Source of the DNA: Euprymna scolopes | Lineage: Eukaryota | DNA: 64,000 nucleotides | NCBI GenBank assembly: GCA_053919585.1 | Contig: CM132808.1 | Direction: 5' to 3' (one strand) | Part shown: in pieces, positions 1 to 12,446 of the stretch | Position numbering within the stretch: the stretch's first letter is position 1 | Layout: every line of letters starts with the position of its first letter | The notes under the pieces: generated by a model | Seen by the model: the letters and a program-made list of their open reading frames with translations, nothing else | What the model was told of the DNA's origin: nothing | Databases searched by the model: none | Position numbers and translations under genes: made by a program

Positions 1-79
1 AGACATACAGCCTTCTATATATTAGATTTATATGTGTTTATGTGATAGTCAGTATGTGTGTATTTGAAAGGTGATTCTA

Positions 80-637
80 GACGGAACGGGAAATTCAGTA
101 ACAGTCAGCTAACGTACTTCCCAACTTCCGATGTAGCGCTACCGGAAACGGTGACAAGGCAAATCAGTTCCTTAACTTTTTTCTCCCACGACTATATTTT
201 CCCTATGCATGTAGTCTTTTTATTAGGTTTTTCCGATCTTTCTTTTTTTTTACTTAAAAATCATTGAAAAGTTTTTTCGGTCTTATTTTAATTAAGAATT
301 ATTTAATTTAGTTTTTTTTTTAAGAATTATTGAAAACACTTTTTGCGCTTTAAAACATTATTGGAAACACTTTCTAAAATATTTTTTAATTATTTATGGA
401 ATATTATGTACTGTGTACATTTTTTTCTGATGTTTGAAATTTTGTTACTTTTTAATTTCGGATTTAACGGTTGAAAGAGCAATCGAGTGCAAAATTGACT
501 TTAATAAACTTTTCTGTTTATTAAAAATACATTTTTTTCAAATTTTAGAATAATAAAAATTTTTTTCAGAAAATACAGACATTTTTCTTCTTCTCCTTCT
601 TCTTCTTCTTCTTCTTCTTCTTCTTCTTCTTCTTCTT

Positions 638-669
<32 letters not shown>

Positions 670-1625
670 ACGTCATGATGGAGATGGCACGTCTTTAGAG
701 GTTGCAAATTGAGGTTGAATGATTGTTTAATGTCCGGTAACACTCCATGCGTTCGACCAAACGTTAGCACTGTTACCGGACAATAAAAAATCATTCAACC
801 TCAACTTCTAACCTTTGAGGACACGCCATCTTCATCATAATGCGCAAGAAGATGAAAAAAACTGCCTGTATTGTCTGAATAAGAATATCTTATTATTCAA
901 AAGCTTGAAAAAAGAATTTCATTTTATTTAAATAAATGAAAATCTTTATTAAAATCAATTTTGCACTCGTCTGTTCTTTCAACCGGTAAATTCTAAATTC
1001 TTCATGACAAATGCTTTCCAAACAGTGGGTTTTCTATTATTATTTGTTATTTTGATTTCAATAATTCTATTTTTATACTTTCATAAGCATATATTTATTA
1101 TATAAATTCAAATAAAATCTTTTAATTTTAAATTAAAAAAAAAACTTTTATTTTTATAATTTTTTACACATACATCTCTTATTTTTTAATTTTGTTGTTA
1201 AAAGTGCAAATAAAAACTAATTGTATTATTTTTATGCATATATTTTTGTTAATTTTTAAATAATATAATNNNNNNNNNNNNNNNNNNNNNNNNNNNNNNN
1301 NNNNNNNNNNNNNNNNNNNNNNNNNNNNNNNNNNNNNNNNNNNNNNNNNNNNNNNNNNNNNNNNNNNNNNNNNNNNNNNNNNNNNNNNNNNNNNNNNNNN
1401 NNNNNNNNNNNNNNNNNNNNNNNNNNNNNNNNNNNNNNNNNNATTTCAATAATGTTCTTTCCATGCATTTTATTTCAATAAATTGCTTCACAATAGAAAT
1501 ACTAAAGAACAATAAAAGTGAAGGTACTGATTTGCCTTGTCATCGCTTCCGGTAGCGCTACACCGGAAGTTAGGAAATACTAACTATTAAATATTAACTG
1601 ACTATAACCAGAAATTCTTACCGCC
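80..1625. mobile_element. Large foldback/MITE-like palindrome (~1.5 kb)
   Basis: Outer arms 97-180 vs 1515-1608 (acttccgatgtagcgctaccggaa..gacaaggcaaatcag) and inner arms ~455-745 vs ~770-1000 are reverse complements, centre near 755. Confidence 0.8.
586..668. repeat. (CTT)n microsatellite; one of many (TA)n, (GA)n, (CA)n, (TTA)n and (GTA)n tracts in the window
   Basis: Direct inspection. Confidence 0.95.
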
Positions 1626-1724
1626 ATAATTGATCGAAAGTCATTTCTGTGATGAATTTGATGATTCGTGGTAAAATAGGTCTCTATCAATCACGATCGA
1701 CCATGGATAATTCATCATTTAGAT

Positions 1725-1869
1725 CAGTGGTTCGCAACCGGGATCCAGGTAATATTTCTGAGGGCTCACAGGCAAAACATACTTATATCCAATAGCTATG
1801 ATGAGGTCGACCAAGAAACAAAAAAAGGGAAAAAGGGGTGCATGGGTGAAAAACGATTGAGAACCACCG
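1725..1869. mobile_element. Short hAT-type MITE
   Basis: TIR CAGTGGTTCGCAA / TTGAGAACCACCG; flanking 8-mers atttagat / ccctagat. Confidence 0.65.
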
Positions 1870-1971
1870 CCCTAGATACTAGCGTGGGTAGTGTGATATG
1901 GGGGGGGGCAGGCTGCTGTCAACTTAGCACATCCTATCTCTCGACGACAGTGACGTGGAGAGATAGGATGT

Positions 1972-2345
1972 GCTATTAATCACGTTGACACACCGGTTCC
2001 CGCTGGATTACCGAAATTAAACAATGTTGAGTCTGGTCAGTACTAAATGGATGACCATTTCGGACTTTCAGGTGCTGCATGTGCTCTCCGCTTATCTCGG
2101 CATTGTTTCCAGTCGTCCTGGTCTTCTCCTTGCCACTGGACCCAAACAGTGTCGATTCAGGAGAGGTGTGGTTAGGGATTACGCGACCCTAGCCCCACAA
2201 TTACACCCGCAACTGCCCCTACAGGGGTATCCTTTGTCTTTCGAGACTGAACGGAGGCATCGATTGACGTCACTGACTGATCCAAAGGAGCAGCATGTTT
2301 AGTACAGGGTTTTAGGCTGACCCCGTCTTAGCCTATAGAATAGAC
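1972..2345 (+). mobile_element. 5S rRNA-derived SINE (SINE3-type), copy 1
   Basis: cacgttgacacaccggttcccg..accgaaattaaacaatgttgag..gtcagtact..ggatgacc resembles 5S rRNA, then a non-5S body (tgctctccgcttatctcggcattgtttc..ccttgccactgga) shared with the copy at 18462. Confidence 0.8.
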
Positions 2346-4289
2346 TACTAGCGCCCTCTGCCACAGGCACATTTTGTGAAAACAATATTATAAACAAAAT
2401 ATGTATTTAAAAACAATGATATAGTACACAAGCTCAACTTTATCGGCTTGCATTATTATATTTGATCCTGACAATAACCCTTAATAATCTCATCAAACAT
2501 TTTTTTTTTCAAATTGAGAATAATATTAAACACAAAATTTGCTTTTCAAAAATAATAATTTATGTAATTAACCATTTTTAATGTCCCTTGATTTACACAT
2601 GCAACTTTTTAAATTGAAAACAATATTAAACATAAAATTTTGTGTAATTATTATATATTGATACGGAGTCCGCTCTAGATTTTCCCTCGAAGTTTACTCC
2701 TGAAGACTTTTCTATGAGTGAGCATTTCCGTAGATGGACTGCATAGAACATGTATTTTACAAATTAAATGAAAGGCGTATTAAAGTATTTAAATTTCTCT
2801 AGCTATTATAAGGTTTGTATAATTTAGTGTCTGGGTGAACATTTTTAAACGCATAAAGGCTCCATTCCTCGTAAACGCCAGTGTGGGTTAACCATATCAA
2901 GATCTTATTTGGGCTGCGAATACTATGTGACCTGGAGTGCCTAAGATCTATCTGTACAGGGATTTGTCAGGAAAACCTAGCATAAGGATACTTTTGCACT
3001 ACAAATAAAAGCTGACTAAATATTCAAAATAGCATATATTCGAAACGCAAATAAAATTCAATCGGTGTGACTACCATACTTTAATTTATACGAGGATTGA
3101 TGCACTTTCCTTTTATCGATATTTTCTAGTGTAACAACACAAAGCTGGATACTCCACCGTACTCGATGAATTCTTGTCCTGAAATCCAGTAAGACCAAGA
3201 GACTAAAAGAAAGATATACTATAACGTAGTTAACTGGTCAATAAGTGAGAGGAAAATTAATATTTATAACTTATTTATTAACTCAACGTTTGCGAGATAA
3301 AAGGGAAACGCGATGTGATATTCGAATATCCATGCATCTCATACAGATATCACGTTTTCGACCCCAGAAAAGGATCCCCTTGATTTTTGAGAACTTCAAC
3401 AAAAGTAAAATGAAATAAACGATGGTCTTCAGTGTATATATTGTCCTCATGGCTTATTTCGTTTTTTTTTTTTTTTTTTTTTTTTTGTTTTTTGCGCTAT
3501 ATCGGCTCAGACAGCAATGGCCTCCTGACTCCGGAAATCTTAGGTTGCCTCATTGAAAGCTCTATCATGCCAACACAGCAAAAATTAGAAATGTGATTCT
3601 GAAAGCAAGAGAAATTTATACGGACATTTTTTTCCCAAATTCTCTTCCATGTCACGTGGTAAGTTTGGTGTTATAATATCCATTTGCGTAATATTTTTAG
3701 ATGTATCAAGGGTGGTCTTCAGTGATGTCCTGTCCTCACGGCCTATTTTAGGTTCTGTATTATATTGACGGTGATTCCGTCCTGATTTGGACGTGTCAGG
3801 TTGCCTCATTGAAAGCTCTGTCCTGTCGACACTGCAAAAAATTTAAATGTAGTGATAAGTACCGACCATTTGTTTTAAGATATGCCCGTCATCGTCAGAG
3901 CAAGTGGTTGAGAAAAGGCATCATTCCCGAAACTCCTATATAATATAATACATATCCATTTCAAATGTTCTGTAGTCATGGGTCAGGTTTTATCGATCTG
4001 TTCACCGCTCATTATCGTTTGCTTTGTAAAGATCGGTGCGGTCAGGTGTAGCTCAGATGACACTTAATTGTGCGCCGATGTTGATAAGAAAGTCTGGTTT
4101 CGTTGATTAGTCATGCATCGAAAATAACCTCCTACGAAATAGTTGTCTCTATTTTCCAGTTGAGGAAATTCTCCTGATTATTTACAATTTTCCGGATTGT
4201 GAAGTTATTCGCGTTGGGATAACGTGTGTAGAAGCAAATACGGTCTTTAAAATCAGATGAAGGGACGAAGGCGAAAACAATTGTATAAT

Positions 4290-5200
4290 TTATTATTGAA
4301 AACTGATACGAAAGAAATTAAAATCAACATTACGACCTAAAAGGAGGCTGCTACTTCTAACAGCAGTATAAATAAGTCTTGCCAACCCCCACCCCACAGA
4401 CATATATGTAAGAAAAAAAAAGAACTCGCTCCAGACAAGACATGAAGCCGCTTGATGTAAGGTGTTACACTTCAAAGTCAACAACTAGCCAATGATAAGT
4501 GTTATATGGATTGATTCCGATCCAGATAGCATTTAATGTAATTTAATAGAAATCGCTCCAGACAGGGAATGAAGTCACTTGATGTAAGAAGCAAAAATAA
4601 AACACTTCAAGATAAAAATTAAAAACAAAAAAAAAGAACCTAGCAAGCGGTAAGTGTTATATGAATAAATACTGGCCCAGAAACACCATTCATGGAATGT
4701 GAGGATTAAAGGACAAAATAAGGTAAGTGAGTCTCAACAAATCGGAGAAAGAAAAGGGGTAGCAATTAGAGCTATTTGCTTTTTAGCGTTCGTGGGAATG
4801 ATTAAGCGATCAAGCTGCTACAATTGAAGAAACAAAAGCAAAAGAAAAACATTATAATTTCTTGTTGAAAACTGATACAAAATAAAAGCAATACTACGAA
4901 CTAAAAAGGTGTTGCTACTTTTAAAAGCAGTAGAAATAAGTTGTACTCCCCTTCCATCCACACAGACACGTACTTTTTAAAATGCAAATCGCTCCAGACA
5001 AGGAATAAAGCCACTTGATATAAGAAGCTTGATATAAAAGCAAACACTTCAACGTCAGCAACCAGCCATTGATAAATGTTATATGGATAGATTCCGGCGA
5101 ATGAAACAGAAATTCTTCCTCTTTTGTCAGCAACATCGTTCATAGAATGTGAGAACCAAAGGACAACATAAGGGCAAAGAGAATTATGAGGCGGTCGAAA
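4290..5200 (+). repeat. Degenerate tandem copies of a dispersed repeat (cgctccagacaag..gaagccgcttgatgtaag..catggaatgtgag)
   Basis: Sub-units recur at ~4427, ~4553, ~4990; an inverted copy lies at ~14200-14400 and fragments at ~27127 and ~27770. Confidence 0.65.
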
Positions 5201-5516
5201 AAAAAGGGCCAATGTATATTTTTTACATGCATACACATGTCCATGCATAGTCTTTACTAACATTGCTGTCGTTGTTGTGTTGGATTTTGGCAGGTGACCC
5301 AACGAAGAGAAACATTCAATGGGTTGCACATGCGCAGATAGATTCCATGTGAGGAACGCGGGACTTTCCATCATTATCAAATTTGACCTAGAAAAATCTG
5401 AGAGGATGTCAGTCAAAGGAGTTGAGACAAGAGATAATAAGAAATATCAAACATTCCAATAGAAAAAGAATGTTTATATGAATCGTCACAAAGAGAAAAC
5501 GGGACAGTCTTTTAGA

Positions 5517-5564
<48 letters not shown>

Positions 5565-5728
5565 AAGCCTGATACATTTCTTCACCGCCAATATCCACAC
5601 CCACCTCACACGCCTTCAGAGATATCAAAATGCCAGTAATAACTTATAAGCCAAAGTTAATTGTCGATGTGAAATAAAAACAATATGTTTTCTTATAGAT
5701 CAGCTGTGTTGTGTTTTACTCGCCGTCA

Positions 5729-5798
<70 letters not shown>

Positions 5799-5945
5799 TG
5801 GACCAATAACAAAAGTAGATATGGACAATTATATAGACGGGAAAGTCCCTCATTCCTCACATAGAAATATATGTGTGTGTGTGAAACCCATCGAATGTTT
5901 TTCTTCCCGGGGCCACCTGCCAATATCCAACAGTAGTAGTAGTAA

Positions 5946-5987
<42 letters not shown>

Positions 5988-6059
5988 ATGATGATGATGA
6001 TGATGATGATGAGCATCATTCATTAGAACTTTGTTGGCATTCGTTTTACTGATATCTTT

Positions 6060-6220
6060 CTATAAAGAATGCTTTCTAGAATGATATTGGGTTCTCATGG
6101 GAGGGACCACGTGAAGGTTACTAATATTCCTAAATGCAAGTGTATCTGTGGAACAAGCTGGATTCGAACGTGGCACACCCAGGTTGTCAGTCCGTGTCGT
6201 TAATCACTTAGTCATCGTCA
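6060..6220 (-). mobile_element. tRNA-derived SINE, copy 1
   Basis: Minus strand shows an A-box-like start and GTTCGAATCC B box plus a body shared with 36620-36770 and 37850-37970. Confidence 0.7.
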
Positions 6221-6592
6221 TCTTCTAGCGGCTGCAGCTGATGATGCTGCTGCTTCAACGTCACGCGGCTCGCACAAAATAAGCATATATATACTAATAC
6301 CGTAGTATCTTTAATACATGTACGTAAGAGTTTTATGGTTGCCAGATTATAAATTATTCGACCTGGAGATCGTATTTATTTAAAAAAAAAAAAAGGAGAA
6401 TAGAAGGTGATATCATACTACAATCATTAAATTATTATTATATAACTAATTTAATTTTCGTAGTATGTCATCACCTTCTACCCCCCTTTTTAATAAATGG
6501 GATCTCCCGATCACTAGAGAGACACAATGTAAAAAAAAAAAACCTTTAAAAAATGATGTCGCTTTTGGGCCGTATGTGAAACTAAAATATAC

Positions 6593-6635
6593 CTTCTCAC
6601 TCTTCTGACTAGGATCCAAGCGTAGTATCTGTTCT
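6593..6635 (+). pseudogene. U2 snRNA 5' fragment (degenerate)
   Basis: 35/43 match to the recalled U2 5' end including GTAGTATCTGTTCT; no further U2 sequence follows. Confidence 0.65.
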
Positions 6636-6799
6636 GTCTAAACATGGTATAATGATATGGAGGGGGGGGTTGTCACCGCTAAGTATCCATACAATGGAAA
6701 TATGTCACAGACTCCTATAAGGATATCCGTAATAACCAGATATATTCTGACACTACATTAACCAGATTACTTAGATAAATACTTTTAACAAAAGGGCTA

Positions 6800-8422
6800 C
6801 AATAACAAAAAAAAGTCCGCATTTGTAATTTTTTCAAATGTAAGCTAAATTTAATGTAAACAACCTATACTTCATTTGATTCGCATTTTATTCCTCTATA
6901 ATTTTACCTGTTCATATTTGACTTTCAATTGAAATATTCTAGTGTTCGCGTCAATTAAAAAAAAACAACTTCAAATTGAGGAGGCAAAAAGAAAGTACGC
7001 AGTAACAAATTCGCTTAAAACCAACTTAAATAAATCGGCCCTGAATCAGTTTAAAATATCCACCAACAGGCAACAAAGCATCTCTAATCGTAATTGTTGT
7101 TGTTCCAGGTTATTAAACGTAACATTTAGTCCATGTGCCACGACTTTCTCTTAGTGATCGTTAGGAGCTCATTAATCTCCACCTTTCTGGTTTATCCAAT
7201 CGAGAAATCGGCCGCAGATTGAAATGTGATGAGGAAACGGTACGAAAGACTGTACAAAAGCACCAAAACACCGACAGTGTTCACGATGCCCCTAAATCTG
7301 GTCGTACTAGAGTTCCTTCTAACAGGGAAGACAATGCTATCAAGATCCACAGCCTAAGAAACATATTTGAAACGGCTCCCCAAAGCCAATAACAGTGCAA
7401 TCTTGTTAAAAAGTGCTATCTTTCTATTGTCAAGAACAGATTAAAGAAATTTAATTTCGAGGATATGTTGCAAGACGCAAGCCAATGATTTCTGTAAAGA
7501 ACAGAAAGTGCCGTCTGAACTTCGTCAGATGCAATGAAGATCATGACTCTTCATATTGGTCAAAAGTTCTTTTTAGCGACGAAAGCAAGTTCAATAGGGT
7601 AGGCAGTACGTCCGTCGGAGAAAAGACGAAGAATTTAATCTCAGGTGCTTAGTTTCAACGCTGCAAGGTGGCAGAGGTTCAGTTTTGGTGTGGGGCATTA
7701 TTAGTACCAATGGTCCAGGGCCTATAGTTCGCTTGCAAGGTCGAATTAATTCGAACAAGTACACTAATATGTTGACTAAACATTTTCTACTCTACTTTGG
7801 TCGGAATTTGGATGATAATCCCATCTTCATGCAGGATAACGCTCCCATTTACACAGCTGGCAATGTCAAGAGGTTCCTGGAAGAGCATAATATTCCGTGT
7901 TTGGATTGGCCTGCACAATCTCCAGACCTCAATCGAAAACGTATGGCATTACATCAAGCAACAGCTACGCAATGATAAAATTTCAAATTTGGAAGAACTT
8001 GAACAAAAATTAAAGAAAAGTGGGATGCCCTTTCCCCGGAGTATTGCTGCAGTCTAATTCAAGGAATTCCCAAAAGATTGCAAGCGGTCAAATTGCAGAA
8101 GGACTATGCTACTAAATATTAACTAGTCCATTGTGTTCTTGTTATATTTGTGTTGCATTAATGTCCTAAAGTTACATTTAAATAACAATTGTCCATTGTG
8201 CGGACTTTCTTTTTGCCTCTTCAATTTGAAGTTATTTTTTAACATTGACGTGAACACTAGAATATTTCAATTAAAAGTCAAATATGAACAGGTAAAATTA
8301 TAGAAGAATAAAAGGCTAATAAAATGAGGTATGGTTTGTTTAAACAGTAAATTTAGCTTAAATTTGCAGTTTTTTTTTTTTTGAGAAAATTACAAGTGCG
8401 GACTTTCTTTTTGCCTCCTGTG
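6800..8422 (+). mobile_element. Tc1 (DD34E) transposon with IR/DR ends; transposase pseudogene ~7130-8122
   Basis: ~200-bp TIRs with an internal direct repeat (gaggcaaaaagaaagtccgca), TA at both ends; motifs VLFSDESKFN, VWGIIS, FMQDNAP, WPAQSPDLN/IENVW, terminal TKY*; frameshifted. Confidence 0.92.
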
Positions 8423-8444
8423 TATACCACACACACACACTTTT

Positions 8445-8706
8445 TTTTTTATTCATTGCGAACTATTATCCTCACATTTTTGTTGTTTCACGACGTTTCG
8501 GCCAACTATTCCTCTGGCCTTCATCAGGTGGTAATTGCAACGGGATGGGAACTCCTCAGCAATTACTGCCTTCCATAGTTGTTGTCATCTCACCACGTTT
8601 TGACCAACTAAGCCTCTGGCCGGTTTTGGGTAGGATTGAAACCGCTATCTTCAGACAATGCTGACGTGGATCTGTAGTGACCCAACGTCTCTATCCACTG
8701 TGCCAT
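8445..8706 (-). mobile_element. Family A tRNA-box + hammerhead element (minus copy)
   Basis: TGGCACAGTGG A box, GGTTTCAATCC B-like box, complete HHR at 8489-8530. Confidence 0.75.
8489..8530 (-). ncRNA. Minimal type I hammerhead ribozyme
   Basis: CAC-CUGAUGA-A-GGCCA..UGGCC-GAAA-CG-UC-GUG: intact core, helix II, palindromic ACGU helix III, short helix I. Confidence 0.8.
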
Positions 8707-8849
8707 GGGCCCAAAAGCCAACCATTTTTTCATTAATCCACTCTCACTTTCATTCTCGTATTCATACATATGCTCACAACCGTTGTCTTGCTCTAATATA
8801 CCCTCTAGCTCTTTTGTGTATCGCATTTATACAGACACCCTAACCTTCC

Positions 8850-8970
8850 ATCTTGCATTTATCCTGCTTTGGCAATGGTTCAAAACCGACTTCGGAATCT
8901 AGTAGACGATTTCCCTTTTCTCCTCCTTAGAACCTTTTTCTCACAGACGTTGCGAATCTATCTCTGTTTA
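8850..8970 (+). mobile_element. CR1/L2-group LINE internal fragment
   Basis: Translates to VQNRLRNLVDD..SSLEPFSHRR, homologous to 52330-52420. Confidence 0.65.
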
Positions 8971-9019
8971 TATTATTTAACTAATTAGAATTCATTATTG
9001 AGGTGAGTATTATTTATTG

Positions 9020-9438
9020 AATTTATTTATTGCGAACTATTATCCTCATCTATTAGTTATTGTTTCGCGACGTTTCAGCCAACTATTCCTCTGGCCTCCA
9101 TCGGGTGGTAATTGCGACGGGATGGGAACTCCTCAGCAATTACTGCCTTCTATAGTAATGGCGCAGTGGATAGAGACGTTGAATCTCTACGGTTTCAGGT
9201 GAGCATTGTCTGAAGATAGCGGTTTCAATCCTACCCAAAGCCGGCCAGAGGATTAGTTGGCCAAAACGTGGTGAGACGACAACAACTATGGAAGACAGTA
9301 ATTACTTAGGACACAGTTAGGAAACTCAGCATTCCTATCCCGTCGCGATTAACCACCTGACGAAGGCCAGAGCAATAGTTGGCCGAAACGTCGTGAATCA
9401 ACAAAAATATGAGGATAATAGTTCGCAATGAATAAAAA
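9020..9438 (+). mobile_element. Family A element with inverted 3' copy at its 5' end
   Basis: 9020-9156 is the inverted 3' part; 9157-9438 has A box 9159-9169, B-like box 9221-9231 and HHR 9354-9395. Confidence 0.8.
9354..9395 (+). ncRNA. Minimal type I hammerhead ribozyme
   Basis: CAC-CUGACGA-A-GGCCA..UGGCC-GAAA-CG-UC-GUG. Confidence 0.8.
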
Positions 9439-10096
9439 GTCTTAGCAATGCCCTTTTTACTGCAAATCTTGATAAAAAGAAAAAGTGCATAAGAGGTCAA
9501 TGGAATCATTACTGTGGCACACGATGATAATTTAAAGTGCATGAGTGGAGTGGTCAGGAAAAATGTCTCCGCAACACAAGCCTGCCATATTATAATAGTG
9601 TCAGCTGCCTAATTCATTGTCCCTGTTTAGTGCATTCACGGTCCCGTTACACCGTGAAGGCGCCTCGTAGTTTTAACAAAAGAAAATGAATATCTAATTT
9701 ATTACCGCTTTTTTTTTTAATTCACTTTTAGTCTTGATAATCTCGGTAGTTGTGCGAAGAGGGCCACAAAATTCTTCCGGGGGGACCCTTTACAGATTTC
9801 CTGTGTCGAGATGAAAGTGTGTCCTAGGATTTTCAGATCTCGAACGATTAATGGTTGGAAATAGGAAAGAAAGCGAGAGTTACGAGACTGCGAAATGCAA
9901 ACGCAAGTTCGCTTTCTACTGTGCATGATGATATAAAGAGAATGATTATCGATGGCATTTGACTATTCATTTAAATATCAAAGCCTTCTTCATAATTTAA
10001 AAAATAGAATAAAATGCAAGAACAACAGCAACAAATAACAATCAACACGAACATGGTGTTCATATATATTAAAAAATAGTTTTCTTTAACACAGTA

Positions 10097-10813
10097 TTTT
10101 TTGATCCCCCGACAAAAGGATGGTGGACCTGTAAATTCACCCTTGTCTGTTCGTCCGTTCGTCTGTCCGCACTTTTCTCAATAACTACGCCTCGGAATTT
10201 TTGAAATTTTGCCCAAATATTAAACATGATACGAGTAAAAAGTAACAGAACGGATTTCCTGGGAGAACTCCGGTTGTTGTCCCCCCAGAGGTGCCTTTCG
10301 GATTAAAATGGCTAAAATTGACACGTGTGCTTATTTAAAAAAAAAATTGATGCTATCGATTTTTATGAAACTTTCTGAAAAAAATGTAACCAACTGATTT
10401 CTATATAATTTTGTTTGTCTATATTTTGCGATAACGCTTAGGTGTGCCCCAGGGGCTGTTTTAGGGCTAATAAAACACTATATTTTGGGGACTATTTCAC
10501 CATATTTGTCCAAAATTTTCTGTGTCTGTCTATTTGGCAGTTTGCATGGTGCTGAACTCAAATTTAATTATGTTAAAGCCTTGGGGACATTTGGGTTTAG
10601 ATGGGGGGGGGCAAATGATGGACTTAGTCATTTCTTTTTTTTTTTTGCATGGTGCAAAACTCAAATTTAAATATGTTAAGACCTAAACCTGCACCGTTTG
10701 TTGATTTTCACCAGGATTTGACGTCCCCTGAGGACTTTTGGGGCTAAATGAGGGAGGACAAATGCCTCGTTCGCTATGCTCTCACGGGAGGCCATGCCTG
10801 CTTCGCTTGTTTT
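10097..10813 (+). mobile_element. Helentron-associated non-autonomous element (DINE-1/HINE-like)
   Basis: Starts in a T-run (tttttgatcccccgac), GTCY microsatellite (gtctgttcgtccgttcgtctgtccg), ends in a T-run, no TSD; empty site preserved in the duplicate at ~11200-11660. Confidence 0.65.
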
Positions 10814-12044
10814 ATTAGTTGTGTGGAGTATTAACTCTCTTTTGGCTGATAATCCGTTAGCAAATTAGGAAGGTTGATGTTCCTTCGATGTTCATCAGTA
10901 TGGAATTAAAATCCATTATGTTTCTATTAAGAGAAGGCTTAGAAATATTATGATGAAGACGACTACGTATAAATTCATACGTTAAAGATTTAGAGAGTCA
11001 TTCATTGTTCCTTGCGTAAATAGAAATCCCTTGGTAAGGTATTCATCCAATGACGTGAATCAACTCAGCATGCGTATTTCCTGGTAAATAATTTTTACAT
11101 CTCGCGATGGAGTTAGGAGGACAGATGTTTCTCACTAGTCATCGGGGGCATTCAGATATCAATGCAAATATCATAAACTCTTTTATAATTAATTTTTTTA
11201 AAAATTAAATAAAATAAATTGCAACACTCAAGTACAACACCAACAAATAACAATCAACTCGAAGACGGCATTTATATATATTAAAAAAATAGTTGTATTG
11301 AGCACGGTAGCTTTTTGTATTAGTTATGTGGAGTATTTATTAACCCTCTTCTGTCTGGTAATCCATTAAAGAATTAGGAAAGTTGTTATGAAATTAGGAA
11401 GATTGATACTGATCAATATGAAATTAAAATCCATTATATTTTATTTTTATTAGAACAGGCATAGAAATGTTTTGATGTAGATGACTACGTATAAATCCAT
11501 GTCTGGATAAAAGAGAACGATTTAAAGAAAATCATTCTTCTCTCCTTGCATAAATAGAAATCCCTTGGTAATCCATGAGTGCGAATCCTCAATATGCATA
11601 TTTCCTGGTAAATATTTTTTACATCTCACTATGGAGTTAGGAGGATTGGTTTCTCATTAAAACTGATTTGATTTTTCCCATGTGCTGTGTTTATAATCGA
11701 AATTGCAACACTCCCAACCTGCTTACTGTAGCCATGCGCGAAAAGACAAAAATTGGTCCCTGTAGAATTTAGTAGACTTTGGGACAAAGCACGCGGTGAA
11801 CATCCCGCCATTTGTTTGCATGGGCGAATCAATGTTTTTTTTTTGGTCTAGTATCTATTTTAAAACTAATAAATAATTTCAGTTGCGTTATTTCTCTTTG
11901 AACGTATACAGCGAATCTGTTTATGAAATAACGATTCGCTACAATGAGATACAGGATGTACTAACCAATAAATAAATTTAAGTTTCACGTTTTCAAAAGA
12001 CGAGATGTGTTTAAAAAATATCAAGACTAAGAACCTTTTAGTTG

Positions 12045-12350
12045 TTTTTTTTACTAAAAAGTGTCACTAATTATCAAGGCCAGATGCTACTGGAGGATAA
12101 GGGTTTATGAGATGGAATCATTGTCAAGACCAAGTCTGAATATTTGTGGGGTCGGTTCTTGATAGGAATCTATTCACTTTGGTTTTGAAGACTACAAAGT
12201 TGTAATCAGCAGGGAAGCAGTTCGGTAGCAATGTGTTCCACAGGCAAGAAGGCCTGGTAAAGAAGCACTGTTTATGGAAATACACACTGCAACGTGTTCT
12301 TTGGCATCAACATTCACGGCTTCATAAGATGCTCGTTCTAACCTAGTTGT
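12045..12350 (-). mobile_element. CR1/L2-group LINE 3' fragment
   Basis: FHKQCFFTRPSCLWNTLLPNCFPADYNFVVFKTKVNRFL plus the acccttatcct 3' UTR motif shared with 52775 and 36850. Confidence 0.8.
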
Positions 12351-12403
12351 GACTACTTGGCCCTCATACTGTTTGTTAACCGAATTTTTAAGTAAAAAAG
12401 AGC

Positions 12404-12446
<43 letters not shown>

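Noticed and set aside
1972-2090. Functional 5S rRNA gene (also 18462)
   Set aside because: Heavily diverged, no T-run terminator, continues into a shared repeat body
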